Below, one piece after another: positions 9,748 to 18,141 of a stretch of 29,783 nucleotides of DNA. The translations under genes were made by a program, and so were the position numbers. Within the stretch, counting starts at the first letter, position 1. Each line of letters opens with the position of its first letter. The notes below the pieces were generated by a model. The model was not told the origin of the DNA. It did not search any database and saw nothing but the letters and a program-made list of their open reading frames with translations. Origin of the DNA: Candidatus Latescibacterota bacterium (GTDB taxonomy: Bacteria > Latescibacterota > UBA2968 > UBA8231). The stretch lies in assembly GCA_965205655.1 (NCBI GenBank), contig CBDBIJ010000027.1:1-29783 (forward strand). Reading direction: 5' to 3'.

Positions 9748-10397
9748 GTCCGCCGCTTCCCGAGGCTGCTCGACAGCCGCCTGATGAGCGATGTAAGCCG
9801 GTTGTAATCGTTGCACAGCAAGCGCGCCAGATCCTTGCCCATCCGCTCGAGGTAGTCGGAGCTCCCTCGAGCGTTCAGAGCGTGGCGCAGGGAGGCGATG
9901 ATCAGGTCGTCTGTCGGCACCCCCGGTGCATCCAGAATGCTGCGCAGATACTCGCCGTTGGCCGTGAACTCCTTCACCGCATCGTCGTCGCATGAGTAGA
10001 CGAAACTGTGGATGCGCGCCGGCTGCGGCGGTAGCGTATGCACCGCCTTTCCTGCGTCCACGTAGCCGATGACGAGGACCTGAAAGTGAGTGCGCAACAG
10101 CTCGAAGATCTGTGGCTGTTCGAGACGCAGCTGCTCCTCCGTCTTGCCGTAGGCCGTCGGTCGCCGGTTCGGCTCGATCGATTGGGTCGAGGCGTTGAAA
10201 ACGATGCCGAAAACCGTCCTGTCCGATCTCACCTCGACGTAGCGGCCGAAGGCCGGGGCGCAGTTGAGCTCGTTCGCCTGAGCCACGAGCGCCGTCGTGC
10301 TCGCCTCCACCACTTCGCCAATATGATCGACTGCGGCGTGCGGCTCCGGGGCGGCCTCCTCCCGCATGAAACGGCTCAATGGTCGCGACGTCATCAC
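9744..10397 (-). CDS. HAS-barrel domain protein (NurA/HerA-associated)
   Basis: HIGEVVEASTT, APAFGRYV, EPNRRPTAYG, EQPQIFELL and LPPQPARIH; lies between nurA and herA with overlapping stop/start codons. Confidence 0.78.
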   Translation of the reverse strand: MMTSRPLSRFMREEAAPEPHAAVDHIGEVVEASTTALVAQANELNCAPAFGRYVEVRSDRTVFGIVFNASTQSIEPNRRPTAYGKTEEQLRLEQPQIFELLRTHFQVLVIGYVDAGKAVHTLPPQPARIHSFVYSCDDDAVKEFTANGEYLRSILDAPGVPTDDLIIASLRHALNARGSSDYLERMGKDLARLLCNDYNRLTSLIRRLSSSLGKRRT

Positions 10398-11566
10398 ACC
10401 ACCGGCTGGCGCTTCCTGAGGCTCTTTGCCGAAAAGCTCGCTGTGATGTCGTTCTTCACCATCGTTTCCTCCAGAGAGCGGTAAAAGCTCTCCCTCTCCG
10501 CCCCCCTCACGACCGCCAGCTCGTGCGCCTCCGTCAGCGCCACCGGATAGCCGTCTCCCTTTTGGATCTGGTCGCCGACGACGCTGTGAACGAGGTCGAG
10601 CAAATCCTCATCGTCGGCCACCCATCCGGGAATTTCCACCCGGGCGACTTCATCGCCGGCGTCGAGGTAGAAGAAGGAGATGGCGTGGTCACCGTAGTCG
10701 CCGAGAATCTTTGAGCGGCTGTCGAAAACGGCTGAGCGCTCTCCCCGTCCGAGAGCACTCCGCATGAGGGCGGCATCCACGAGACCGCCGATGGTGGCAC
10801 ATGGCTCGTCCCCTTTCCATGGGCAGCGTTCGCAGTCGGCCGCCTCGAGCGGGCACAGGCCGATCCGCAGCGAATTGACCACGTCTCTGCTGCGCGGCCT
10901 GCTGATGTAACCGGCCACCGGGATCCGGCGCTCGCGCAGCTGATCGAATGCCTCCAGCAGCTTTTTGAGATAGGCGTTACGGAAATCTGTCGGAGTGCCC
11001 TCGAGGCTCCAGGGTATGAGGCTGCCGTCCGCGAGCGCTACGGTTTTGTGCCCCTCCTCGAGGGCCGCTGCGGAGAGCTCGGCCAACTCGGTGTGCTCGA
11101 GCAGTGATCGCCGAAAGCCGATGAGCTCGCGGTTTACCGACACCCAGCGCTCCGCCCAGGTATCGAGCAACTCATCTTCCTTGTAGAACAGCCTCGGCTT
11201 GCTGCTCAGGAGAGGGCGCTCGCCGCTGCCGTAGTGTAACAGCACGTAGCCGATGTTGATCAGGAAGCAGGAGGATACTTCATGGCGATCCGGAAAGATC
11301 TGAGAGCCGTCGGTGGCGGCGACGCTGATGCCCGGTGGGCGAGGTGGCACTCCCCGAGCCGAGCCCGGTTCCTCGCGGATGCCGGCCACGAGCCACGAGG
11401 TTCGGCTCTCGTCGACCTTCACCGCGAGCTCGTCAACGCGACCCGACCACGCCTCCAACGCCGCCAGTGCTGTGGTCAGTTTTTGCCGAAACTGCAGACC
11501 CTGCCGGCCTGCCCGGTCGGCCACCATGACGTCGATCTGTCTCTTCACCGACGACAGATCGAGCAC
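10394..11566 (-). CDS. nurA: NurA-family 5'-3' nuclease
   Basis: Motifs ATDGSQI, LADGSL, GYISRP, RVEIP.W and GYPVALTEAHELAVV; GTG start after a GAGG RBS. Confidence 0.9.
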   Translation of the reverse strand: MLDLSSVKRQIDVMVADRAGRQGLQFRQKLTTALAALEAWSGRVDELAVKVDESRTSWLVAGIREEPGSARGVPPRPPGISVAATDGSQIFPDRHEVSSCFLINIGYVLLHYGSGERPLLSSKPRLFYKEDELLDTWAERWVSVNRELIGFRRSLLEHTELAELSAAALEEGHKTVALADGSLIPWSLEGTPTDFRNAYLKKLLEAFDQLRERRIPVAGYISRPRSRDVVNSLRIGLCPLEAADCERCPWKGDEPCATIGGLVDAALMRSALGRGERSAVFDSRSKILGDYGDHAISFFYLDAGDEVARVEIPGWVADDEDLLDLVHSVVGDQIQKGDGYPVALTEAHELAVVRGAERESFYRSLEETMVKNDITASFSAKSLRKRQPVV

Positions 11567-11573
11567 GCCTCTT

Positions 11574-12284
11574 TTATTCCTTCCACGTCTCTCCGCCGTC
11601 GCTGGAAAATCGCGTCTGGCCCCGCCACTGCGCCAGATCTGCTTCTTCCCCGCGCTGCACGAATTCCACCGCCGTTATCGCCACCGTCAGGCCGACCTGC
11701 CCGCTGCCGTCAGCGCGGTTTGACTCCACCCGAATGCTCTCGAAGGCAACGTCGCCCTTCAGTGCTTCCAGCACGTCTCCCTGCACTGCCATCTGCCGGC
11801 GCTCCAGCGCTTCTTCGCTGATGTCCCTGACCCGAAAGCGCACGACGAGCTGTTTCAGGTCCTTGTCGAGGCTGACACCGTAGAATACGCCGTAGTCGGC
11901 TTCGACGATTTTCTTGACGCGGTCGACCTGCTCTCTCATCCGCAGCGCCGGACGCGGACTGCGGGACACCGCCGTTCGCACCTTCCACTCTTCTCCCTCT
12001 TCCTCTTCCTCCTCCTCATCGACGAATCCGTCCAGCGACGGCCCCCAGATCCAGCCTTCGACACGAAATTCCACCCACTTTCCATCCTGGCTCAGCTTCT
12101 CCACAGTGGCGCCGTGCAGGAGCGTGCCAATCTTTTCGCCATTCGGTTCGTCGCGGATGTTCTCCACTGGCTTGTCAATCGACAGACGCTCCCGGCCGCG
12201 CAGATTCACCGCTGTCACGGTGACGCTGTAGAGCACGACAGCGCCGACGATGAGATGGACGATGCTTGCTCTCTCGAATCTCAT
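11574..12284 (-). CDS. Membrane-anchored/exported protein with SH3b-like domain
   Basis: Hydrophobic N-terminus, then ENIRDEPNGEKIGTL..GATVEKL..DGKWVEFRVEGWIW (SH3b pattern), a poly-Glu linker and an unrecognised C-terminal domain. Confidence 0.65.
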   Translation of the reverse strand: MRFERASIVHLIVGAVVLYSVTVTAVNLRGRERLSIDKPVENIRDEPNGEKIGTLLHGATVEKLSQDGKWVEFRVEGWIWGPSLDGFVDEEEEEEEGEEWKVRTAVSRSPRPALRMREQVDRVKKIVEADYGVFYGVSLDKDLKQLVVRFRVRDISEEALERRQMAVQGDVLEALKGDVAFESIRVESNRADGSGQVGLTVAITAVEFVQRGEEADLAQWRGQTRFSSDGGETWKE

Positions 12285-12508
12285 TATCGCCGACTTCCTC
12301 CGATTTCGAGTTCTTAGGTATCAGTTCGCCACAACCCTGTCAAGCGGATTATGTGACGTCCGCCTGGTCCTCTGCCACTCAATATACAGTAGTGCGAAAG
12401 TGCCGCTTTCACAGCATGTTGTGGTCGGCTGCCCGCCGTTCAACTGCGGGACGAAGTTGGACTCGACCCTGCCGATAAGAGAAGGGAGACAAACTCGAAC
12501 GCATTTCT

Positions 12509-12576
12509 TTGTTTGTCCCCTAAGCTCGTTATATTATTGGCGCTTGGGGTGGCGGTGAGGCAGTCTACCCCAAGCG
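12509..12576 (+). promoter_or_regulatory. Putative promoter followed by a 5'-UTR hairpin
   Basis: TTGTTT (12509-12514), 17-bp spacer, TATTAT (12532-12537). Stem CGCTTGGGGTGG / CTACCCCAAGCG at 12541-12576 (12 bp, one G-U pair). Confidence 0.4.
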
Positions 12577-12608
12577 GGATCTTCTCCACGTGCCCGCCAT
12601 GCGAAGCT

Positions 12609-13661
12609 ATGGACCGACAGGAACTCGTCAAAGCCATACTCGATCTTGAAAACGATCGCGACGAACATGTCGCCGATCCGGAGATCGCCTACGACCTGGG
12701 TCATCACGTCAAGACCCACATCGACCAGCTCGTCGCCTTTCGCGCGGGCGGCGGAGTCGAGGTGTCCGGGAATGGCGCCGACACCAGTCTCAGCGTCGAC
12801 GAGATTGCCGACCTCGCCGGCGCAGCCGGCGACGGCGAGGGGAAGCGCCGCAAGGGCAAGAAGGCCCGGTCCAAAAAGAAGAAGAAGGGCGTTGAGAGCC
12901 CGCCCGAGGATCTGCTCTCCCAGCCGCCAAACGAGCAGGCCAGGTGGATTTTCATGGAGAGGCATATCTCTCTCGAGAAGCACGAGGAGATCCTCCGCTA
13001 CACGTTCGAACCGGATCAGTTCGCCGAGCACCAGGAGGCCTTCGACGCCACTCTCAAGACGCTCCTCCATCTCCCCCTCGCCGCCGAAGCCGTCGCCAAC
13101 AACGACCTCCCGGCCCTGCAGAAGATGTTCGCCTCTTCCGTCCTGATATTCCGCAACCCTTTGATCGGCGACGACGATGGAAAACCAGTGCCCTGCACCT
13201 TCGAGCTGTTGAGGGAATATTTCCCATCCTATTTCTTCAAGCGAAAGAAGAAGCCCAACTGGTTCGAGAATAATGAGTTTTACACCGAGCCCCTTTCGGA
13301 AGCTCACTGGGTCCTGTGCGATTCGGAGTACTTGAACTGCACCCTGAGAAAGCCCGATCGAAAATTGCTTTCCTACGCCAGGGACTGGGACCTTCCCGGA
13401 GAGTACGTCCGCCAGAAGACGGTCGTCGAGGACATCTACGACCGCATCGTCTGCGGCGAAGCGCTCGAGGAGGACCTGTTCGCCCGGGGTTGCAATAGCC
13501 TGACCAGTACGACCTACAGGAGGGGCAAGAGAGCTGCGCGCACTGTCTACACGGTTCAAAGGGCCCGCAAAATCACCATCCACGGGAAGTCCGGCGTGCC
13601 CCACTGGAAGGCCTCGAAGCGCTTGTGGCCCGGCGTCTATCCTACTATGATTTTCCCTTGA
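12609..13661 (+). CDS. Hypothetical protein with Lys-rich segment and C-terminal domain paralogous to the downstream gene
   Basis: 350-aa ORF from ATG 12609 (MDRQELVKAIL). Its stop lies 1 bp before the next ATG, and it shares motifs with the 16174-16723 domain. Confidence 0.8.
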   Translation: MDRQELVKAILDLENDRDEHVADPEIAYDLGHHVKTHIDQLVAFRAGGGVEVSGNGADTSLSVDEIADLAGAAGDGEGKRRKGKKARSKKKKKGVESPPEDLLSQPPNEQARWIFMERHISLEKHEEILRYTFEPDQFAEHQEAFDATLKTLLHLPLAAEAVANNDLPALQKMFASSVLIFRNPLIGDDDGKPVPCTFELLREYFPSYFFKRKKKPNWFENNEFYTEPLSEAHWVLCDSEYLNCTLRKPDRKLLSYARDWDLPGEYVRQKTVVEDIYDRIVCGEALEEDLFARGCNSLTSTTYRRGKRAARTVYTVQRARKITIHGKSGVPHWKASKRLWPGVYPTMIFP

Positions 13662-14964
13662 GATGAATAGCGATTCCGATCAGAGTGGGACGCTCCAGGA
13701 GACCCTGGAGCAGGAGGAGAAAACAAAATTCCTCATGGAGAAGTACGCCTCCATGCTCCAGCTCGAGCTCGATGAGGATGGCACCGCTCAAAACGGCAAC
13801 GGCCTTGACGACGAGACAGTCGAGTCGCTGCTGGTGGCGCGTTCCTATGTGGGCCCGAACCTGGCCAGCCAGATCGCCGAGCTCCTCTCCGCCGGCGGTC
13901 ACGACATCGAGATGGAAGATGCCGGCGGCGACGAAGACTCGGCTGCCTCGGCCGACTCGGATGCTTCGGACGATGAGTCAGCGCTCGAACTCGACGAAGA
14001 CCCTGAGGGCGATGCCGATGATCTTTTCGGAGAGAACGGCGAGGAAGACGCAAATGACGGAGAGGAGTCCGTCGCGACAGCGTCCGATGATGGCGAAGCG
14101 CCGGATGACGACGAAGCACTCGAAGATGCTGATGCAACCGAGGATGCTGATGAACTCGAAGGTGCTTCAGCACCCGAAGGGGATTCCGACGATTCCGAAG
14201 AAGTGGACGCCGGCGTTGAGGAATCGCTTGTCGATGATGACGGTGAGGGGGCCCTGTCTGCGGGCGACGAATCGGCCGATGCGGGCGGCGACGGCGGGGA
14301 TGTCGACCTCTCCGACATCGAGGAATCCGACATGGAGGATGCCGCGGCCGCCATGTTTGGCGACAACGGAGATGGCGCCGAAACGGAGGCAGGAGAAGGG
14401 GAGGACGCCGACGAGCTTGAGGTTGCAGTGGCGGAAGAGGAGGACGGGGATGGCGTCGACGACGGATTGTTCGGTGAGGAGAGTGAGGACGGCGATGCCG
14501 ACGACTCCACCGCAGCCGTCAACGACGATGAGGCCGACGCGACACCCGAAGCCGGGGAGGATGGTGATTCAGAAATCGACGACGGTTTGTTCGGCGAGGA
14601 GGAGGAGGGCGGCGCCGCGGTTGACGTAGATGATGAGACCGCCGTCGACGAGTCAGGGCAGGAGCTTCTCCCGGATGAGGGCGATGAAGAGGTCGCGGAT
14701 CAGGCGGCAATGGCCTTGTCGGGTGAAGGGGATGCGGACGAGGACGCTGTCGCCGACGCGGATGTGGTCGAAGCCGAGGTGGGTGTCGATGGCGAAGAGG
14801 CTGAAGATGGGGACGGCGCCGCCGAAGCGGAGGATGACGAAGAGGCCGGCGTCCTGTTCGATCGCGATATCTATTCGGGCAACGAGGGGTCCGGGGCGGC
14901 GGAGGACGGTGAGGAAGGTGACGGTGAGGCGGGGGTAGCCGCAGCCGATTCAGAGGCGGGAGAA

Positions 14965-15660
14965 GAGGAAACCCCGGGGTTCACACCTACCGAAGGACAC
15001 GAGGTCGAAGAAACTCCCGGATTCACGCCCACCGAAGGGCACGAGGTCGAGGAAACCCCGGGGTTCACACCTACCGAAGGACATGAGGTCGAGGAAACTC
15101 CAGGATTCACGCCCACCGAGGGGCACGAGGTCGAGGAAACTCCAGGATTCACGCCCACCGAGGGGCACGAGGTCAAAGAAACTCCAGGATTCACACCCAC
15201 CGAGGGGCACGAGGTCGAGGAAACTCCAGGATTCACGCCCACCGAGGGGCACGAGGTCAAAGAAACTCCAGGATTCACACCCACCGAGGGGCACGAGGTC
15301 GAGGAAACTCCAGGATTCACGCCCACCGAGGGGCACGAGGTCAAAGAAACTCCAGGATTCACACCCACCGAGGGGCACGAGGTCGAGGAAACTCCAGGAT
15401 TCACGCCCACCGAGGGGCACGAGGTCAAAGAAACTCCAGGATTCACACCCACCGAGGGGCACGAGGTCGAGGAAACTCCAGGATTCACGCCCACCGAGGG
15501 ACACGAGGTCAAAGAAACTCCAGGATTCACGCCCACCGAGGGACACGAGGTAGAGGAAACTCCCGGGTTCACGCCAACCGAGGGACACGAGGTCGAGGAA
15601 ACTCCCGGGTTCACGCCAACCGAGGGACACGAGGTCGAGGAAACTCCCGGATTCACGCCG
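14965..15660 (+). repeat. Coding tandem repeat, 42-bp unit x ~16.6, encoding (E/K)ETPGFTPTEGHEV
   Basis: Units start every 42 bp from 14965 to 15637 with no spacers. Differences are synonymous apart from E/K at position 1. Confidence 0.97.
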
Positions 15661-16006
15661 GATGAAAAGGAGAAGAAGAAAAAGGCGGCTGCGGAGTTAT
15701 TGAAAAAGAAGAAGCAGGAAGAAAAGAAGAAAAAGCCAAGCAGGAGAAACCGCAGCCGAAGGCCGAGCGCAAATTCATTTCTCCGAGCGAGCGGGCGGCG
15801 AAACTGAAGCAGGCTCAGGAAGAGCGGCGCGCCAGGCTAAAAAAGGCGCAGCAGCAGGATGAGGTCGCGGACGAAGAGGACGCAGACGAACTCGATATCG
15901 ACGTCCTAAGCTACCAGATCTCTCTCGACGACCTCGAGCAGTACCTGGGAATTGCGGTCGTGCCCGACGACAAGGCGAAACTGGAACGCAAGTGGGCTCA
16001 GAAACT

Positions 16007-16165
16007 GAGCTAGGGTCAAATGGTGTGTAAACGACTCAGGCGGCGATCTTCTTCCTTTGCGCGATGGGTGATCCGTTTTCGTAGCACTCCCCGGCGTAGA
16101 CGTCAGCCATGAGATGCGGTGCATTGAGTCGCCGGAATCGTTTACACACCATTTGACCCAAGCTC
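16007..16165 (-). mobile_element. 159-bp MITE derived from an IS256-family element
   Basis: 28-bp TIRs GAGCT(A/T)GGGTCAAATGGTGTGTAAACGA (27/28 identical). 8-bp TSD CAGAAACT at 15999-16006 and 16166-16173. The interior (16143-16036, minus strand) reads KRFRRLNAPHLMADVYAGECYENGSPIAQRKKIAA*, like an IS256 transposase C-terminus. Confidence 0.92.
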
Positions 16166-16738
16166 CAGAAACTGCGGGATCCGAGCCTCCGCCACCTGCT
16201 CGAAAACAAGAAGGAGATGCAGCACCCCTACGCCCTGATTCCGCGTCTGCACCGTTACTTCAAGAGCGGGCAGGCGGTTCAGACAAGCCTCGTCAATATG
16301 GTTCGTTCCTTCCCGCAGCTGTTCGACAACGTGGCCGAGACGATCAACAAGTACAAGACGGAGCGGTTCTTTGCGGCCGATTTCCCGGAGCTGGATTGGG
16401 CCGTCGTTTCCTGCGAGGCTATATCGGAGAGTCGCAACAAGAACTTCATGGAGCAGAAAACGGTGATCAAGCAATACGCCCAGAAATTCCAGGCGAACGA
16501 ACGGAGAATCCAGCGCCGCAAGCTGATCGAGGCTCTCTACGACGTCATCGTAATCAACGCCATCACCAAAGAAAACATCCTCAGCAAGACCGTGGAGCTG
16601 ACGTCGACGAGCGTCGGACGTCAGAATTTCGCCTGCATCAACTTTGGCGAGAAAGGCATCCGCATCAACGACGTCAGTCGCCAGCAGAAGCACGGCCAAA
16701 TGGGAATCTGCCCAAGCTGGTAACCCCGCGACCCATCA

Positions 16739-16758
16739 GGAGAAGCGCTAGCTTCTCC
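16739..16758 (+). other. Perfect hairpin just downstream of the large gene (possible terminator or stability element)
   Basis: GGAGAAGC-GCTA-GCTTCTCC, an 8-bp stem with a 4-nt loop; no U-tract follows. Confidence 0.45.
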
Positions 16759-16893
16759 GAGAGGTTGGGCTTCGAAGAAGGCCAAATTCATTTTTCGTTC
16801 AATCGCGAACACGACCTGCACCCCCACGTCCGAAAGATGACCACGCTTGCCGCGGCACCGTCGAGCAGATAAACTATCGCTTCGATAACCCTC

Positions 16894-18135
16894 ATGTCTT
16901 TCTTCATCATTTCCCTCAGCATAGTAGCACTGATTTACGGATACTGCGGCTGGCGCATCATCGTTCCCCTCAGGCTCTCCGCGCCTAATGCCGTCGTTTT
17001 GTGGCTGGCCGTCGCCTTTCTCGCCCTGCTGCCTCATACGTTCATCCTGCTCCTGCGGCAGTCTGAAGCCGCCGAATGGATCCGCACTGTTTTGGCCTGG
17101 ATGGCCTATCTCACGCTCGGATTCACGACGATCCTGTTCGCTGTCCTGGTGATCCGCGACCTCGCTTGGTTGATCGTTGACGGAATCGGCAAGCTGGCAC
17201 TTTTGTTGGGCAGCTTCGGCCACGGGTCGGTGGCGGCGGATGCGATCGAGACCGCCGTCTCTCCCGACCCGGAGCGCCGCCGCTTTCTGCTCAACTCGCT
17301 CAACCTCGGCGCCCTGGCGCTGACCGGCCTCGCCACCGGAGTCGGCGTGTACGAGGCCAGGCGCCGGCCGGCAGTCGTCGAGGTGACCGTTCCCGTGCGC
17401 GACCTGCCGCCATCGCTCGACGGGTTCCGCATCGCCCAGATCTGCGACCTTCACGTCGGACCTACCATCGGCCGCTCGCACGTCGAATCCGTCGTCGACA
17501 CCGTCAACCAGCTCGACGCGGACGTCGTCGCCCTCGTTGGCGATCTCGCCGACGGTAGCGTCGAGAGTCTCCGCCCCCACGTCGCCCCCCTTGCGGAGCT
17601 GCGTTCGGCTCACGGGACCTACTTCGTCACCGGCAATCACGAGTACTATTCCGGCGTCACTCAATGGGTTCGCGAGGTTGACCGATTGGGCATGGATGTC
17701 CTTCTCAACGAGCACCGGCTCATCCAGCATGGCGAGGGACGAATTCTGCTCGCCGGCGTGACCGACCACAGCGCCGACGAGGTCGTGCCCGGCATGCCCG
17801 AGCACGTTTCGGATCCCGCCGTCGCCGTCGAGGGCGCCCCTGCGGCCGACGTGCGCATCCTCCTCGCCCATCAGCCGCGCTCCGTCTTCGCTGCCAGGGG
17901 CATGTTCGACCTTCAGCTCTCCGGCCACACCCACGGCGGCCAGTTCGTGCCGTGGAAATACTTCGTTCCGCTGCAGCAACCCTACATTTCCGGTCTGCAC
18001 GCCCTCGACCGATCCTCGTGGATCTACGTCTCCCGAGGAACAGGCTATTGGGGTCCACCCGTTCGCCTGCGAGCCCCTTCTGAGATCACGCACATTACGC
18101 TGCGGGCATCCGATGGATCGGATCTGCCCGCTTGA
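16894..18135 (+). CDS. Membrane-bound metallophosphoesterase (YkuE/YaeI-like)
   Basis: N-terminal TM helices, ERRRFL, and the calcineurin-like motifs DLHVG, GDLAD, GNHEYY, LLAHQP and SGHTHGGQ. Confidence 0.92.
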   Translation: MSFFIISLSIVALIYGYCGWRIIVPLRLSAPNAVVLWLAVAFLALLPHTFILLLRQSEAAEWIRTVLAWMAYLTLGFTTILFAVLVIRDLAWLIVDGIGKLALLLGSFGHGSVAADAIETAVSPDPERRRFLLNSLNLGALALTGLATGVGVYEARRRPAVVEVTVPVRDLPPSLDGFRIAQICDLHVGPTIGRSHVESVVDTVNQLDADVVALVGDLADGSVESLRPHVAPLAELRSAHGTYFVTGNHEYYSGVTQWVREVDRLGMDVLLNEHRLIQHGEGRILLAGVTDHSADEVVPGMPEHVSDPAVAVEGAPAADVRILLAHQPRSVFAARGMFDLQLSGHTHGGQFVPWKYFVPLQQPYISGLHALDRSSWIYVSRGTGYWGPPVRLRAPSEITHITLRASDGSDLPA

Positions 18136-18141
18136 GGAAGA

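Larger units (their letters stand above)
13663..16723 (+). pseudogene. Large acidic repeat protein (~964 aa reconstructed), interrupted by a -1 frameshift (~15730) and a MITE (16007-16165)
   Basis: ORF 13663-15807 continues in the -1 frame (AKQEKPQPKAERKFIS...ISLDDLEQYLGIAVVPDDKAKLERKWAQKL) to TAG 16011 inside the MITE. Removing the MITE and one TSD copy gives ...AQKLRDPSLRHLLENKKEMQHPYALIPR, in frame with ORF 16217-16723. Confidence 0.85.

Noticed and set aside
14965..15660. Regular 42-bp repeat as a CRISPR array
   Set aside because: Head-to-tail units without unique spacers, length divisible by 3, synonymous variation inside an ORF, and no cas genes.
16007..16165. Long inverted repeat as a terminator, ncRNA or invertible switch
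   Set aside because: The 8-bp TSD and the transposase C-terminal remnant identify it as an IS-derived insertion; no invertase is nearby.
16114..16872. 252-aa ORF starting inside the MITE
   Set aside because: Alternative-frame overlap of the real C-terminal domain; low complexity and no motifs.
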